A DNA stretch of 33,044 nt, taken from assembly GCA_000182565.2 (NCBI GenBank), contig KQ257458.1; one strand, 5' to 3'. The position numbers were made by a program, and so were the translations under genes. The notes under the pieces are model-generated. The model was not told the origin of the DNA, searched no databases, and saw only the letters and a program-made list of their open reading frames with translations. This document shows positions 32,688 to 33,044 of this stretch, in pieces; the stretch's first letter is position 1, and the number at the start of each line of letters is the position of its first letter. This DNA comes from Spizellomyces punctatus DAOM BR117 (Eukaryota).

Positions 32688-33044
32688 ACCTCGAAATGGG
32701 GCACGATGTCATTAATTGTTGCTTCCATAGCCTTGATCGCACTCTCAAAGTGCTCTCTAGATTTGTCATTTTGTGGTTTTGTTGTTTTATTCTGGCGAGC
32801 AACTTGTTCAATAGCCAGCATGACTATACACGTCCGTTCACTCTCTTCGTGTCTTTGGAGACGTGGATGGTCTTTAACGTGCAGAAATTTGGGGTTTCCG
32901 CGACGATAATAATAGTCTGAGCGAACGATATTGCCTGTCAGGAGAAATGTGTAACGACGAGGACGTCTTCGAGAGATCGCGAGTAAGCCCAAATCGGACG
33001 CGGGAAGCACGAATCGCGTGACCAACTCCACCGATTGGGTTACC
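32682..33044 (-). pseudogene. Upstream part of the Gypsy polyprotein frame (gag/pre-protease region), open to the window edge
   Basis: Removing the Polinton and one TSD copy gives ...HFEVAVPSINAF*SVDLG...APVVLDTGA, in frame with the protease. Confidence 0.75.

Larger units (their letters stand above)
5860..33044 (-). mobile_element. Ty3/Gypsy chromovirus LTR retrotransposon, split by the Polinton at 11828-32681; gag and 5' LTR lie beyond the window
   Basis: Domain order PR-RT-RH-IN-chromo, plus PPT and 3' LTR. The reading frame rejoins across the Polinton TSD. Confidence 0.93.

Overview
Eukaryotic (most likely early-diverging fungal; inference from short GT-AG introns and gene style) DNA. 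The left 5 kb is host sequence: a six-exon Zn-dependent alcohol/formaldehyde dehydrogenase and a small secreted Pro-rich protein. The rest is a three-level nest of mobile elements. (1) A Fanzor1/TnpB-like gene (4945-5859) is cut by (2) a minus-strand Ty3/Gypsy chromovirus (3' LTR 5860-6432). That retrotransposon is split by (3) a complete ~20.9 kb Polinton/Maverick-type endogenous dsDNA virus (11828-32681, 345-bp TIRs, 6-bp TSD ACCGCA). The virus encodes pPolB with an OTU-like domain, rve integrase, packaging ATPase, and major and minor capsid proteins. It also carries an adenovirus-like accessory set: a ~2110-aa fibre, a small Arg/Ala-rich core-like protein, and a hidden amphipathic protein-VI-like ORF absent from the ORF track. 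The broken genes are interrupted by 12 in-frame TGA codons and one TAG, with no frameshifts seen. Together with Arg-to-Cys/His/Trp changes in conserved motifs, this points to CpG-methylation-driven decay of a recent insertion. All family calls come from motif recognition by eye; no searches were run.
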